Assembly: GCF_006345805.1 (NCBI RefSeq)
Contig: NC_042997.1
Coordinates: 8,866,001 to 8,930,000, forward strand
Reading direction: 5' to 3'
DNA: 64,000 bases
From: Octopus sinensis
Taxonomy: Eukaryota
Position numbers and translations under genes: made by a program. The notes under the pieces were generated by a model that did not search any database, had not been told where the DNA came from, and worked only from the letters and a program-made list of their open reading frames with translations. Positions 12,441 through 25,349 of this stretch are shown here, piece by piece; within the stretch, counting starts at the first letter, position 1; each line of letters opens with the position of its first letter.

Positions 12441-12480
12441 AGCATAATTACGTATGTCTGTTTATCTATCTATCTATCTA

Positions 12481-12546
<66 letters not shown>

Positions 12547-12559
12547 ATATAGGGAAAAT

Positions 12560-12770
12560 TCACAAAAAAACAAAAGATGAAGACAGGTGGTGTAGACAAC
12601 AAAGAGATGTATTAGTATAATGTCTGGGAAGTGAAAAATTCTTTAACATTTCGAGCTTACGCTCTTCAACAGAAAGGAACACAGAAACAAACGAGTAAAG
12701 AAAATAAAGAGAGAAAATAAAGAATGTGTAGTGGCTAGCGATCTATCATGGCAAATATTAATAGTAATAG
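12560..12770 (-). mobile_element. Family H, copy 2
   Basis: Reverse complement ctttctgttgaagagcgtaagctcgaaatgttaaag at 12641-12676. Confidence 0.7.
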
Positions 12771-12944
12771 TATGACAACAGAAGAAAGAATGAGCCCTCA
12801 ATATATTATATTACAGATAAATTCATATATATATACATACATATATACATATAAATATATAACATACAAATATATATACATATAAAAATATCTACATGTG
12901 CAAATACATATATATGTGTGTGTGTATATATATATATATATATT

Positions 12945-13355
12945 CCTTCATTTATTCTTGCTTGTTTCATTCATTTGACTACAGCCATGCTGGAGCACCA
13001 CCTCAAAAGGTGTTAGTTGAAGAAATCAACCCCAGGACTTATTCTTTGTAAGCATAGCACTTTTGCTGAACTGCTAAGTTATGGAGACATGAACACACCA
13101 ATATCAGTTGTCAAGTGATAGCAGAGGGTCAAGCACAAACATGTATATATAAATGCACAAATATGAATATAGATGTATATATACATATATGTATATACAT
13201 ATATTATGTGTGTGTGTGTATATATAATATATATATATATATGCATACATACAACAGGTTTCTTCCAGTTTCTGTCTACCAAAGACACTTGCCCAAGGTG
13301 CTACACAGTGAGACTGAATCCAGAACCATGTGGTTGGGGAGCAAGCTTCATCCAT
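12945..13355 (-). mobile_element. SINE family A with internal deletions
   Basis: Tail, body and head motifs collinear with other copies. Confidence 0.8.
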
Positions 13356-13563
13356 AAAGCAATTTTGAGGGTTTGTACACTTTCATATATATATACACAC
13401 ATATACACATACATACACATATGTATGCGTGCATATATACATATATATATATTTATATATATATATATATATATGTATGTATGAATATGTGTGTGTATAT
13501 ATATATACATATATATATATATCCATATATATATAATATATATATATATATATACATACATAT

Positions 13564-13691
13564 ATTTATTATATAGAAGGAGCTTCTACAGGACTAGAAC
13601 TGTTTCATTCAAGAGAAATCTTCAGGAAGCTGAAGATTTCTCTTGAATGAAACAGTTCTAGTCCTGTAGAAGCTCCTTCTATATAATAAAT
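13564..13691. repeat. Perfect 62-bp inverted repeat with 4-nt loop
   Basis: Arm 13564-13625 is the exact reverse complement of 13630-13691; loop gaag. Confidence 0.97.
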
Positions 13692-13877
13692 TAATTTTAC
13701 TCTGCTATGTATTGAGTACCTTATTTACTGTGGTTAACCCCGAATCAACCCGGGACCTACATATACATACATATATATATATATACATATATGCATACAT
13801 ATATATACTCATATGTACATAAATACACAGATACATACATATATATTAATGTCCACATGTATGTATATATATACATG

Positions 13878-13946
<69 letters not shown>

Positions 13947-14076
13947 TACACACACATATATGCATATAATCTCCTCATCATTCATTGGATTTATTTTAAG
14001 ATAAATTCTAGAAAAAAATCTTTTTTGTGTCTTCCACTAATGTTAAAATATACCATTATTGAAATTCTATTTGTAG

Positions 14077-14186
14077 ACAGTCATATGTGAACATTTTAAT
14101 GTCCATGGAAATGGTATAAAGTTCAACCGTTTAGATAGCTTTTCAAATGAGCAACAAGGGACAAAACGGAATTTGAAAAATCGAAG
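14077..14186 (+). CDS. Candidate coding exon ([36 protein letters not shown])
   Basis: Acceptor ttctatttgtag, donor AAG|gtatgt, only one of three frames open; no recognisable homology. Confidence 0.3.
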
Positions 14187-14597
14187 GTATGTAGAAACTA
14201 AAATTATGTATGAATGTGTGTGTGTGTGTTTGTGTATGTGCGTGTGTGCTGAAAAACATGAGAAAGAGATAAAACGAGAAAGAGAAGGAGAGTGAGGAAT
14301 GATGGAGACTTAGAAGAAATAAAATAAATGTGAAGGAAAAAATATTGTGATTATTTATGGTATTATTGCATCAGGTGTGTGTGTGTGTGTGTATGTGTGT
14401 GTTTGGGTAAGTCTGTTGTGTGTACTTTTTTTCAAATGTGTCTGTAAGCATTTGTACATTCTCACACTAACGTATCTGTATGCATACATGATGACTCATA
14501 CTGAAACACATATAATGGATGTGTACGTATGAGTGTGTGTATATGTATATATATATATATATACACACAGTACACACTTGTATACACATATATAAAC

Positions 14598-14632
<35 letters not shown>

Positions 14633-14764
14633 GGTATGTGTGTGTGTGTGTAGATAGATATACAGATATATATGTGAGTATGTGCTATGTGTGTACATGT
14701 ATATATTATATATATATGCTTAAACTTGTAAATATAAAACATACATTTATGCATATGCACATAT

Positions 14765-14797
<33 letters not shown>

Positions 14798-14843
14798 GTG
14801 TATATATATATTACATATTATATATATATAATGTATATATATA

Positions 14844-14897
<54 letters not shown>

Positions 14898-14922
14898 ATG
14901 TATATATGTAAATATGTATATG

Positions 14923-14977
<55 letters not shown>

Positions 14978-15171
14978 TACATATACACATAAAAGGTAAA
15001 GACAGGTAAAGACACTGAAAGTGAGAAAGAGAAAAGATAGACAGAGTAATATACATGAAATTCTTTGTGATCAATCACACAGGCACACATGCACACACGA
15101 ACACACAAACACACCCATCAACAACACACACACACACACACACAAACATGCATGCATTTCTTTATCTGTAG

Positions 15172-15233
15172 GTGCTCCCCTACACGATGTTTAAATATGT
15201 GGACTTCAGATGCATGTGTATGTTACACAAAAG
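15172..15233 (+). CDS. Candidate coding exon ([21 protein letters not shown])
   Basis: Acceptor tttctttatctgtag, donor AAG|gtaggt; phase-compatible with 14077-14186. Confidence 0.28.
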
Positions 15234-15266
15234 GTAGGTGATAAATGTGAATGAAGACATAAATAA

Positions 15267-15305
<39 letters not shown>

Positions 15306-15698
15306 TGCACGTATGTGTGCATACACACACATACACATATATGTTTGTGTGTATATATATATATATATATATATACATTTTTATACATAAATGTATATAT
15401 TATATAAATATATATATGTATAAAGTATATACACACATATGTTCCTATATATGTTTACATGTATGTATATATGTATATATATATATATATTATATATATA
15501 TATATATAGATAGATAGATAGATAGATAAATATACATATATATATGTATATATAAACACACACAAAGATAAATATAAACTGGATCTCTCTCTATATATAT
15601 ATTGAAATGTGTGTGTGTCTATAGATATGTGCATATATTAATTTATATACGCATATAGATTCATACATAGATGCATACATACATACAGAGGTAGATAA

Positions 15699-15763
<65 letters not shown>

Positions 15764-16698
15764 AAGATATATAAATATACTAGTATGTGTGTATATACGT
15801 AGATCTATGCACATATAAAAATAAGCACTTTTGGAATATTTAAAATATGATATAAAAAATATTTCGTTACAATAAAGAGATATCAGAAAATGTAGCAGAC
15901 GTGAAGATCTTTGTCGTTAAGAAGTAACTACGCTGGTTGTAAAACGAGAAAATAACAGTTGATTTAATGAACATCTAGTGTTGGCATATGTAATGTTGGG
16001 TGGGACAGACAGAAATTTATCAATATATAAAAAAGATATATATATATGACTGTATGTATGAGTGTGTGTGTAAAAGTGTATATTAATGCAGGTGTGTGTA
16101 TTTGTGTATATACATATATATATGTGTGTGTTTATGGTAATATATAAGTACATATTTTTGTATGTGTGTAATATATATATCAATGTTTGTGTGTATGTGT
16201 ATACGTGTGTGTCTGTGTATGTATAAATTGACACTACCACATATATATATATATATATACATATGTGCATGTCTGTATAAGTACCAATAAACTTGCATGT
16301 GCATACTTATATTTGTATGGAAGTGTGTGTGTTCAATATATATATATATGTACGTATGTATGTATGTATATAAACACACACATCTAATCATGATTACTGA
16401 TTATATATGTATATATATTTTTATGTATTTATTATTTAAATACACACTCACCCACATATATGTATAAAATTGTAAATATCAATAAAAAAAACATATATAT
16501 ATTAATACCTATATACATATACATAAATGTGTATATATATATATACCCATCACTTTATGTATCCCATCTATCTTATATAACTATATCTATTTATCTATCT
16601 ATATATATATATAGAGAGAGAGAGAGAAAGGGAGAAATAGACATGCACATTGGCATATATATCCACGGACTTTATATATGAATATTTGTGTATATGTG

Positions 16699-16733
<35 letters not shown>

Positions 16734-17734
16734 TAAAACTATGTTAACTGTGTGCATTTTCCTTCCTTTATATATATGTATATTTGTATGCATATATGGG
16801 TGTGTGCGTGTGTGTGTGTATATATATATATTTCTGTTGGATATGTATATACATACTATTTATTTTATGTGTTGCCTTTTTTGTGTGTTTATATTTCTAT
16901 ATTTCTTGAAGAATTTGTTTTTTAATGTCTTCTCATATTTCAGCAAGTCATAATATATAGTGATAATATTCTTGAAAAATAAAAATAAAAAAAAACTTGA
17001 AAACATCATGTAAAGAAGCTACAGAACTAAAAATTACTCCAACGATAAATAAATAAATTCAGTTTAAGGTCATGAATATAAACTATACTGATTCTCTTGG
17101 AAAAATTCTTCAACTCTGATTTATTATTACATGTTAAATTGTTCTTCTGGTATTATTTCCATATTTATCAGACTTGTGTCTGTCTTATCAAGCTTAGATA
17201 GTTTTTTGGTGCCACAGAGCTAAAAGTTTCTCTCCTATCCACAAGCTCTGTGAAAGAACATTTACATCAGTGACTTCAATATAAATATTTTTGAACCTCA
17301 CCTCATATCCTATGTCCCCTTATTATTCTAAATTAAATGAAAGAAAGACCACACAACAATTTCAAAGACACTGCAATTTGTTCATTAGCAAATCATTTCA
17401 AAAGTCCTTATATATATCACTCTCCAGTAACCAAGACCAATACTTTCTAATGAGGGCAAAGACATAGTATATTTGATGGCATATAAGATGTACATTTTTT
17501 CCCCATAAAATTATGTCACAAAAATCACTCTAGAACTTACATGTAAGGTTTGACCAGTGTTACATGCTTCAAGGCACTCAGATTCTCTCCTGAATATGTA
17601 CTGCTGAAATTAAGGTGTAACCAATATGTCAACATATCTTTTTATGCCATCAAATACAGTATTTGAACCTTAATCATTTACTTTTGCCTTCCATTATCCC
17701 ACATAGATCGCCTTAATCACTTGCCTCACAACAT

Positions 17735-17960
17735 CTATTTCTTTATTATCCACAAGGGGCTAACACATAGAGGACAAACAAGGACAGACAAATGGATTAA
17801 GTCGATTGCATCGACCCCAGTACGTAACTGGTACTTAATTTATCAACTCCGAAAGGATGAAAGACAAAGTCAACCTCGGCAGAATTCGAACTCAGAATGT
17901 AACAGCAGACGAAATTCGGCTACGCATTTCTCCTGGCATGCAAACGTTTCCGCCAGCTCC
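17735..17960 (-). mobile_element. SINE family B
   Basis: Reverse complement matches 10889-11128 along its length. Confidence 0.85.
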
Positions 17961-18879
17961 AACATCACTTGCAATAAACCACTGCATTTGACAATGTGAT
18001 ACATAATTATTAACTAAATGGAAGCAACGCCTCAGTGAATGTCTGAAGCAACGTCTCAGTGAATTTCTACAAGCCATTTGTACACTTACCAATATACTCT
18101 AAATCTGCTTGAATAGGTATGATCATGAATGCATTATAGAATTGTATAAGAGACATTAATAAAGATCATACTGTATAAAGACAACATATTGTAAGTTCAA
18201 AATTATTGTAGACAATGCATGTGTTACTGACAAGATAATTATTGCTCAGTTAATTATACTATTTAGCTTTACTTGAAATTAACACATTGGACATATTTTA
18301 TTCTCATGTCATACTAAATATGTAACTTTATTTCGAGCTTTGAACTGGCTAACCTCAAAGCTAACCTCTAGCTTCTCGACAATTATAAAAAATTTTACAT
18401 CCTTTGAGAGTTTTCTATTTTTAATATTGTTAAATATACTTATGCTGCCATGATAGTAGAAATACATATATATTTTATGATTATTAATAATATATGATAA
18501 AAACATTAAGATAATATAAGACAAAAACAAATAACAGAAATCATCAGGGGTTATAATGCAAACACCTTAAATATTAATTTGTGTAATATTTTGCAATGAT
18601 AAAATTAATCTTGCTCACAAACAGTCATGTTATAGTTGTTCTGTTGTTGATTTGTTATATTTTTGATCAAAAAATTGATAATCTTTAAGCAAATTTTAAG
18701 CATAATTAGATACATAGACTAATAAGTGCTGAGGGTACTCAACAAACAAACAGTTAATTCAATAGTTCCATCATCTCATTTCATTTGTGTTTGTGGCCAA
18801 ACTATTCACGAAATGTCCAAACTCCTTAGCCATTAACATGTGCTTCAATGATACAAACCTACTTAGTGTTTCATTATCC

Positions 18880-19430
18880 TTTTATCTTTTTACTTGTTTC
18901 AGTCATTACACTGCAGCCATGTTGGAGCACCACCTCAAGGAATCCTAGTCACACTAAGCAACCCAAGTACTTATTTTTTTTTTAACTTGGTACTTACTCT
19001 ATTGTTCTTTTACTGAAATGCTAAGTTACAAAGACTTAAACATACCAACACCAGTTACCATGCAGTGATGGGGGACAAACACAGACATGAAGACATACAG
19101 TTACATACATATACGTATGTAGTGCTGCCTTGATTGGCTTCCATGCCGGTGGCACGTAAAAACTACCTACTGCACTCATGGAGTGGTTGGCATTAGGAAG
19201 GGCATCCAGCTGTAGAAACACTGCCAGATCAGACTGGAGCCTGGTGCAGCCTTCTGGCTTCGCAGACCCCTGTCGAACCATTCAACCCATGCTAGCATGG
19301 AAAACGGACGTTAAACGATGATGATGATGATGATAATATATATATATATATATATATATGATTGGCTTCTTTCAGTTTCCATCTACCAAATCTACTCATG
19401 AGGCTTTGGTTGGCCTGAGGTTATAGCAGA
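18880..19430. mobile_element. Family A SINE (minus) interrupted by RTE-tail element (plus, 19130-19335)
   Basis: Family A 3' half at 18880-19100, RTE tail ending in (GAT)n at about 19335, family A middle resumes at 19360-19430. Confidence 0.7.
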
Positions 19431-20050
19431 AGATAAATTAATATTCAATAATTAAGAATTATCTCCCCTACTTTGGAGCTCATATAAACAGAGGACATTA
19501 CTTCAGTAACCATCTTTAAATTGTGGAGTTAACAGCTGCTCATCAATAAGATAAGTCATGCTCCTACTTTTCCTTAATACTATTAAATCTTATCAATTAT
19601 TTATAAATGTATAGTGCAATTATAACGTCTTCATTTATGTTGTAAAGTTAGTTTATGTTATTGAGACCTGAAGAGTGGCTATGTATCGTTGGATTGAAGA
19701 AATATTAATTTTTGAGATTGTTGATTCTCATATTGTAGATTTGTATACATAGTCAAGAAATGCACGTCATCATTTTAATGTGTATTTTTTTAATGTGTAT
19801 TATTTAGTATAGAAAGTTTTAGTACAATAGTAATAATTATGTCTTTTTAATGTGTATTTTTTAATGAGTATTAATCAGTATAAAAACTTTTAGTACAATG
19901 TAAATAATAATATATTTAAATTTATATTTTACTATATTTTCATTATTAATTGAATTACTTAATGGAGGTTCTATCTCTTAATGATATATATATTTATACA
20001 CACACACACAGACATATATATATATATACACACATAGATATATATATAAA

Positions 20051-20093
<43 letters not shown>

Positions 20094-20096
<3 letters not shown>

Positions 20097-20478
20097 CGGG
20101 TATGGTTGTGTGGTAAGATACTTACTTCACAACCACATGGTTCCAGGTTCAGGTCGACTTGGGCAAGTGTCTTCTGCTATAGCCTCAGGCTGACCAAAGC
20201 CTGTGAGTTGATTTACTAGACAGAAACTGAAAGAAGCATGTTGTATATATAGATATGTATATATTTGTTTGTTTGTGTCGGTGTTTGTCCCTCTACCATC
20301 ACTTGACAACTGATCTTCGTGTGTTTACATCCCCGTCATTTAGCAGTTTGGTAAAAGAGACTGATAGGATAAGTACCAGGTTTACAAATAATATGTCCAG
20401 GAGTCGATTTCTTTCATTAAAAGGTGGTGCTCCAGCATGGCCGCTGTCAAAATGACTGAAACAAGTAAAAGAATAAAA

Positions 20479-20482
<4 letters not shown>
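20094..20482 (+). mobile_element. SINE family A
   Basis: Head ggttgtgtggtaag..ggttccaggttcag, CORE-like cttgggcaagtgtctt, tail gactgaaacaagtaaaagaataaaaga. Confidence 0.85.
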
Positions 20483-20509
<27 letters not shown>

Positions 20510-20515
<6 letters not shown>

Positions 20516-20823
20516 CATGATCACTTTGACTGACCAGGCTATCAGATGTTGCTACACATCGCTGGTCACAATGCACTTCGCATTGTTTTAGATTTCAAAT
20601 GACGCCACCCCGCTGGCTAAGCAAGCAGGTCAACAGAAGAAAGTGTGAGAGATAGTTGTGCCGAAAGAGTACAGCAGGGATCACCACCACCCCCTGCCAG
20701 AGCCTCGTGGAACTTTAGGTTGTTTTCGCTCAATAAACACTCACAACGCCCGGTCTGGGAATCGAAACTGCGATCCTACAACTGCGAGTCCGCTGCCCTA
20801 ACCACTGGGCCGTTGTGCCTCCA
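20510..20823 (-). mobile_element. SINE family C (tRNA-derived), tail type 1
   Basis: Reverse-complement head gtggaggcacaacggcccagtggttagggcagcggactcgc..gtttcgattcccagaccgggc; body shared with 30770 and 53206. Confidence 0.85.
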
Positions 20824-20846
20824 CACACACACACGCACACACACAC

Positions 20847-20878
<32 letters not shown>

Positions 20879-21302
20879 ATATATATGCGTTTTTACACAA
20901 TGCCATTGGTAACATTCTGAAATGATCTAGTATTTATTTCTGGCAAGTTATTTACAAGGAAATTAAAAATAAAACATTCTTCCTATAAATACAATAAACT
21001 ATCTCCATTGGATAAAAGCTAGTGATCCTTGAAGTCAATGATATTCCAATTCTGACAGTTCCTGAAGGCAAAATTGTAGTCAGACAGTCACTTTTGAGTA
21101 CTTCTTCCCTCAATCCAATCTAGCTGTAGCCTACTCCATAACTTCCAAAACGTAGAACATTTTCATTTGGTGATGTTGTTCTGACATGCTTAAATAATCG
21201 TAACATAAGATTATCTATCTACTCACATATCTGTCTATTTAGATGGATAGATACGTGAGTGGGAGTGTGTACAGCATTTACAAGGATTTTGACTGAATCT
21301 CA

Positions 21303-21322
21303 CTTATCTATCTATCTATCTA

Positions 21323-21383
<61 letters not shown>

Positions 21384-21600
21384 CTTTATCTATCTATCTA
21401 TCTATCTATTTATGAATCTATCTGTCTGTCTGTATATTTATCTACCTATCTCAATAGCTATCTACATAGCTATGTATCTATCTATATATCTCTCTATCTA
21501 TTTATCTATCTATCTATCTGTTTGTCTGTATATTTATGTCCCTATCTACATAGCTATCTATCTATCTTTCTATCTGTCTCTCCTCGTTTCTCTATTTATC
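21303..21600. repeat. (CTAT)n compound microsatellite
   Basis: Direct inspection. Confidence 0.95.
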
Positions 21601-22199
21601 ATCATCATCACAGTTTTATGTCTGTTCACTAAGTTAGTATAGATAGGAGATAGGGCCATGGTTAGAGACAGCTTATATTTGGAGGTACAGCACTCTTACA
21701 CAGATAAGAGGGCTGCATGTTACACACATGCACATTACACACACACACATTACACATACACATGCATACACATGATTATATGCTTAAGATGCATTCTTCA
21801 TAATATTTGGAAAGCTTGTGTCACCAAATACATGCTGACTCAAACAATGGCTACTCATCCAACCCACACCACCATAGAGAGAAGACATCTAATGATGACA
21901 ATGATGATGATGCTGAAGCAAGAGATATAGATAGGCAGACAGACAGACTGATAGATAGGTAGGTAAGTAGGTAGGTACGTAGGTATGTAGGTAGGGAGGT
22001 AGGTAGGCAGGCAGACAGGTAGGTTGGTAGGTAGGTAGTTAGGTCGGTTGGTGGGTAGGTAGGTAGATACTTAGATAGATATGTAGGTAGATAGACAGAA
22101 AAATAGATAGATTGATGGATATGTAGGCTGGTAGATAGATAGATAGATAGAAAGATAGATATAGAGTGATTATCTTGTATTATCTTGTATGCAAACGCA

Positions 22200-22520
22200 G
22201 CTATCCTTCAGACAGTTTAAGTTGCTTTGGTGGTATTTTTTCACTTTGCTTCAGGTGCCTCCCGAGCTTGGCGAGCCATTTACTCAGTGGTATCTCCCAT
22301 GAAGTCACTTTGAAGGAGTCGGTGTTCAGCGTTGTTGACAGGAAGAATAGAGCCCATCCAATGATAGGTTTGGTCCTGAATTTTGAACGTTGGCATATAG
22401 GAGTCTTCATGAATGGGTTTGTAATCAAAGCTTGTCATCTGGAAGGTAGAGTTATACACACAAATTTTCTGTATAAATTGCTGCGAAGGAGTAAAGAGAG
22501 CATAGTAAAGAGATACCTAT
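22200..22520 (-). mobile_element. Helitron Rep/helicase N-terminal coding relic
   Basis: Minus-strand frame reads FTPSQQFIQKICVYNSTFQMTSFDYKPIHEDSYMPTFKIQDQTYHWMGSILP..LLQSDFMGD, matching the recalled Helitron pattern IRxYNSxFQMTSF..PTFKVQGQVYHxIGSLLP..FLQIYFxGD. Confidence 0.85.
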
Positions 22521-22924
22521 TCTGAGTAACTTGAAAGGGGATGTTCCCTTTCCTCCCTTCTATTTGTTAATACCTTTGTTTACTTAACAATGTGTTGTTT
22601 CACTTTAAGGATGCTTATTTATCCATCCATTATGATATTTTGACTGTTGTCCATTGTTTCAAATACATTTTAGCCTTTTTTAAACAATCCCATGTGATTC
22701 ATCTCAAAGAATCAACTTTTAAATAAGAATTTTTCTTCCACTAGCGAAAGCTATACATATCTTTCAGAAAGCTCTATACCAATTTTACTTTATGCAGCTT
22801 TTGCTATTACTTTATGTGCAGGCTATGTGGGAAGACAAAATAAAGGGGCTTTTGTTAGCTTATAATAGAATCAATAATCCCTTGGTACACTAGAACCTAT
22901 TTTCCTTTTCCAGATATTACAAGT

Positions 22925-23205
22925 ATGCCACTTTAAAAGAGAGCATGCATTGGCAGAAATCCTTTTGCAGCAGCAAGGCAGCAGCACTGGCAGGCTAAGG
23001 AAAATGAGGACCAGAGGTCCTGTAGACTGTTGAAAAGAGATGCTGCTGCAACAACTACAGAGCAGTGTGAAACCTATGATGATAACCATTGGATGATGAG
23101 ACTCCAGTCTAATATTCACTGGAAGGCGCTTGCCCATGGCTACTGGAAGCCATTGAATAGTCAATGGGCATCAATTTCACTCAACTACGATCCTGCCAAG
23201 GATTA
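22925..23205 (+). mobile_element. Helitron extreme N-terminus relic
   Basis: MPL*KRACIGRNPFAAARQQHWQAKENEDQRSCRL..ETYDD..RLQ..LNYDPAKDY resembles Helitron charged N-terminal repeats ending in AFxYDPxxDY. Confidence 0.6.
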
Positions 23206-23244
23206 CACCACACACATACACACACACACACACAAATATATGGC

Positions 23245-24492
23245 AGTGAGACATAAGGCCCTGAATGCAGTGGACATGTGACTGCTGCATTTTTTGCTAA
23301 CTTTGTATAATCTTTGTTTCAGAAAATTATAATGGCAGAATCTCAACTTACACAAGAAATGAGGAGGCATGCTGTTATTGTGGTTATAAAGGCTGAGCAT
23401 AGTGATTTGGAAATATCTCAAGTTTTAAAAGTTGCCAAATCTTTTGTCTACAAAGTTTGTAAGGAGCTAGAGACTGAAGATGGAAATGTATCACCAGTAT
23501 CAAAACATAAAAAACATTCTAAATGCTCTGAAATCATCAGAACATCTGAATTTATCCAGCAAGTTCAACAGACTATTGATTACAATCCCAGAAAGTCCAC
23601 GAGGTCAATTGCAAAAAAAAATCTCCATGTGTCAGAAGGGACAGTCAGAAATGTTGTCCATGAAGACATCAGATATAAGTCTTATATGATGAGAAAAGGT
23701 CAATTTGTCAGAAAAAAGCAAAAGAAAATCACTACATCAGATCTAAAAGGCTCTTAAACAAACTGAAAAATCCAGTAGAAGATTTGATTTGAATTTTCTC
23801 AAACGAGAAGAACTTCGACCAAGATCAAAAAGTTAACAGAAGAAATGACAGATGATTATGTGCAGACCCTTCTGAAGTTCCAAGTGTTACTCATACAAAA
23901 TTTTCTGAAACTGTCATGGTTTCAGGGATTGTCAGCAATGAAGGACATGTAATGCCTTCTTACTTCTTTCTACAAGGCCTTAGAGTTAACTCTACCGCCT
24001 ACATTGAGGTCCTGGAAATAATTGTTAAGCCCTGTATGCAATGGAAGGCCATATGTATTTCAGTAAGACTCTGCACTATCACACATGGCTCTAGTAACAC
24101 AGGAATGGATAGTTGAAAATTTTCATGATCACATAACCCTTAACATTTGGCCTCCTAATTCCCCAGATCTCAGTCCATTTACATGTAGAGCATTGTTGAG
24201 AGAGAAATCAATGAACATGCCCATAACACTAAAGATCCTTTGAAAACTGCCATAGTCAGAGTAATGTCCAAAATTAACCAGAACCACTTGATTTGAGGAT
24301 TTAGATGATTTAGATCTCATATAGAAGCAGTTGTTGAAGCTGAAGGTAGCTTTATTGAATAACATTATTGAAAAGGTTTATTTTTATCCTCATAGCATTT
24401 TTTGATAAATAAAGTTATTATCTGTTATTATATATCTGGTTATTTTTTTATGAACATAAATCTGTCCTCAAATATCTTATGCACCTTGTATA
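23245..24492 (+). mobile_element. Defective Tc1/mariner transposon, DD37D (maT)-like
   Basis: HTH region RRHAVIV..NPRKSTRSIAK..VSEGTVRNVVHED; FSNEKNFDQDQKVNRRNDR; VMVSGIVSNEG; WPPNSPDLSP; HIEAVVEAEGSFIE*; right end ..tatgcaccttgtata; left TIR not clearly preserved. Confidence 0.85.
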
Positions 24493-24499
24493 TATGCAA

Positions 24500-25090
24500 C
24501 AGGGCACTAGTGCATTTGAGAGAAAAGTTAGATACAAGAGAAATGAAATGCAGTGTGCAAGAGAGAATACTGCACTGGTTTGGTCATATGATGCATATAG
24601 AAGAGGACAGTTCCATAAAGAAGTGCCAATCACTTAAAGTTGATGGAATTTCTGGAAGAGAGAAATGCAGGTAGACGTGCACCAAAGTATTGAATGTGGA
24701 TCAAAATACTGAGCCTTACAAAGGAGATGATAAAAGACAACGGTATTTGGTGCCTTGCTGCACCAAATAAGAAAACCCATCCACCACAAAAGAATTAATA
24801 TCTAAAAACCACCTTGGTAAATGCTTAGCCAGGAGGAGCTCTGCCCCATCAACCTTCTTTCTCCACCTACATTTCATTCCCTAATAGCTATCACTTCCTC
24901 TATCAACTGAGAGTAGTTTAGGCATATACTACACCAAACTTGACTTTCTGAGGTATCTTTGTCCCCACCCAGTTATCTTCTTTCCCTTCCTACTGTCTCC
25001 ATCAATCACCTCCTTTCTGAACCTTCTCTCCCCTCCCTGTGCCACTCTCTATCATCACCTCCTCATTTGTCTGTTTCACATATCTACTGT
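24500..25090 (+). mobile_element. RTE LINE C-terminal fragment and probable 3' UTR
   Basis: LREKLD..CSVQERILHWFGHMMHIEEDSSIKKCQSLKVDG, collinear with 46680-46830. Confidence 0.75.
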
Positions 25091-25139
25091 ATCCTATATA
25101 CATGAGAACACAAAAAAGTAAACCCAAACTCTCTCAAAA

Positions 25140-25349
25140 AATTAAGTAAAAAAACAGGTAAAATAATCCAGAATCCTTATCCTGTACTGGATCGATCCCA
25201 AAATCTAATCAGTTTGTGCCAGTCACGAGGTCAAACATCTCTGAATGTTTCGTCTGACTCCATTCTGCAGTTCTTGAGATATCTTGTCCACGGAAAACAA
25301 ACAAACACAACTGCAAACAAATCCTCAACCTTCACTAAGGCAGAGGTAA
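25140..25349 (+). mobile_element. Short Helentron-associated (HINE/DINE-like) element
   Basis: ggatcgatcccaaaatctaatcag..ttcttgagatatcttg..(caaa)n..aaccttcactaaggcagaggtaa terminal hairpin; family assignment recalled, not searched. Confidence 0.5.

Larger units (their letters stand above)
13100..16900. repeat. Dense compound microsatellite field ((TA)n, (CA)n, (TACA)n, (GATA)n)
   Basis: Direct inspection; similar fields at 25600-25880, 26950-27830, 30210-30770 and 55700-55912. Confidence 0.95.
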
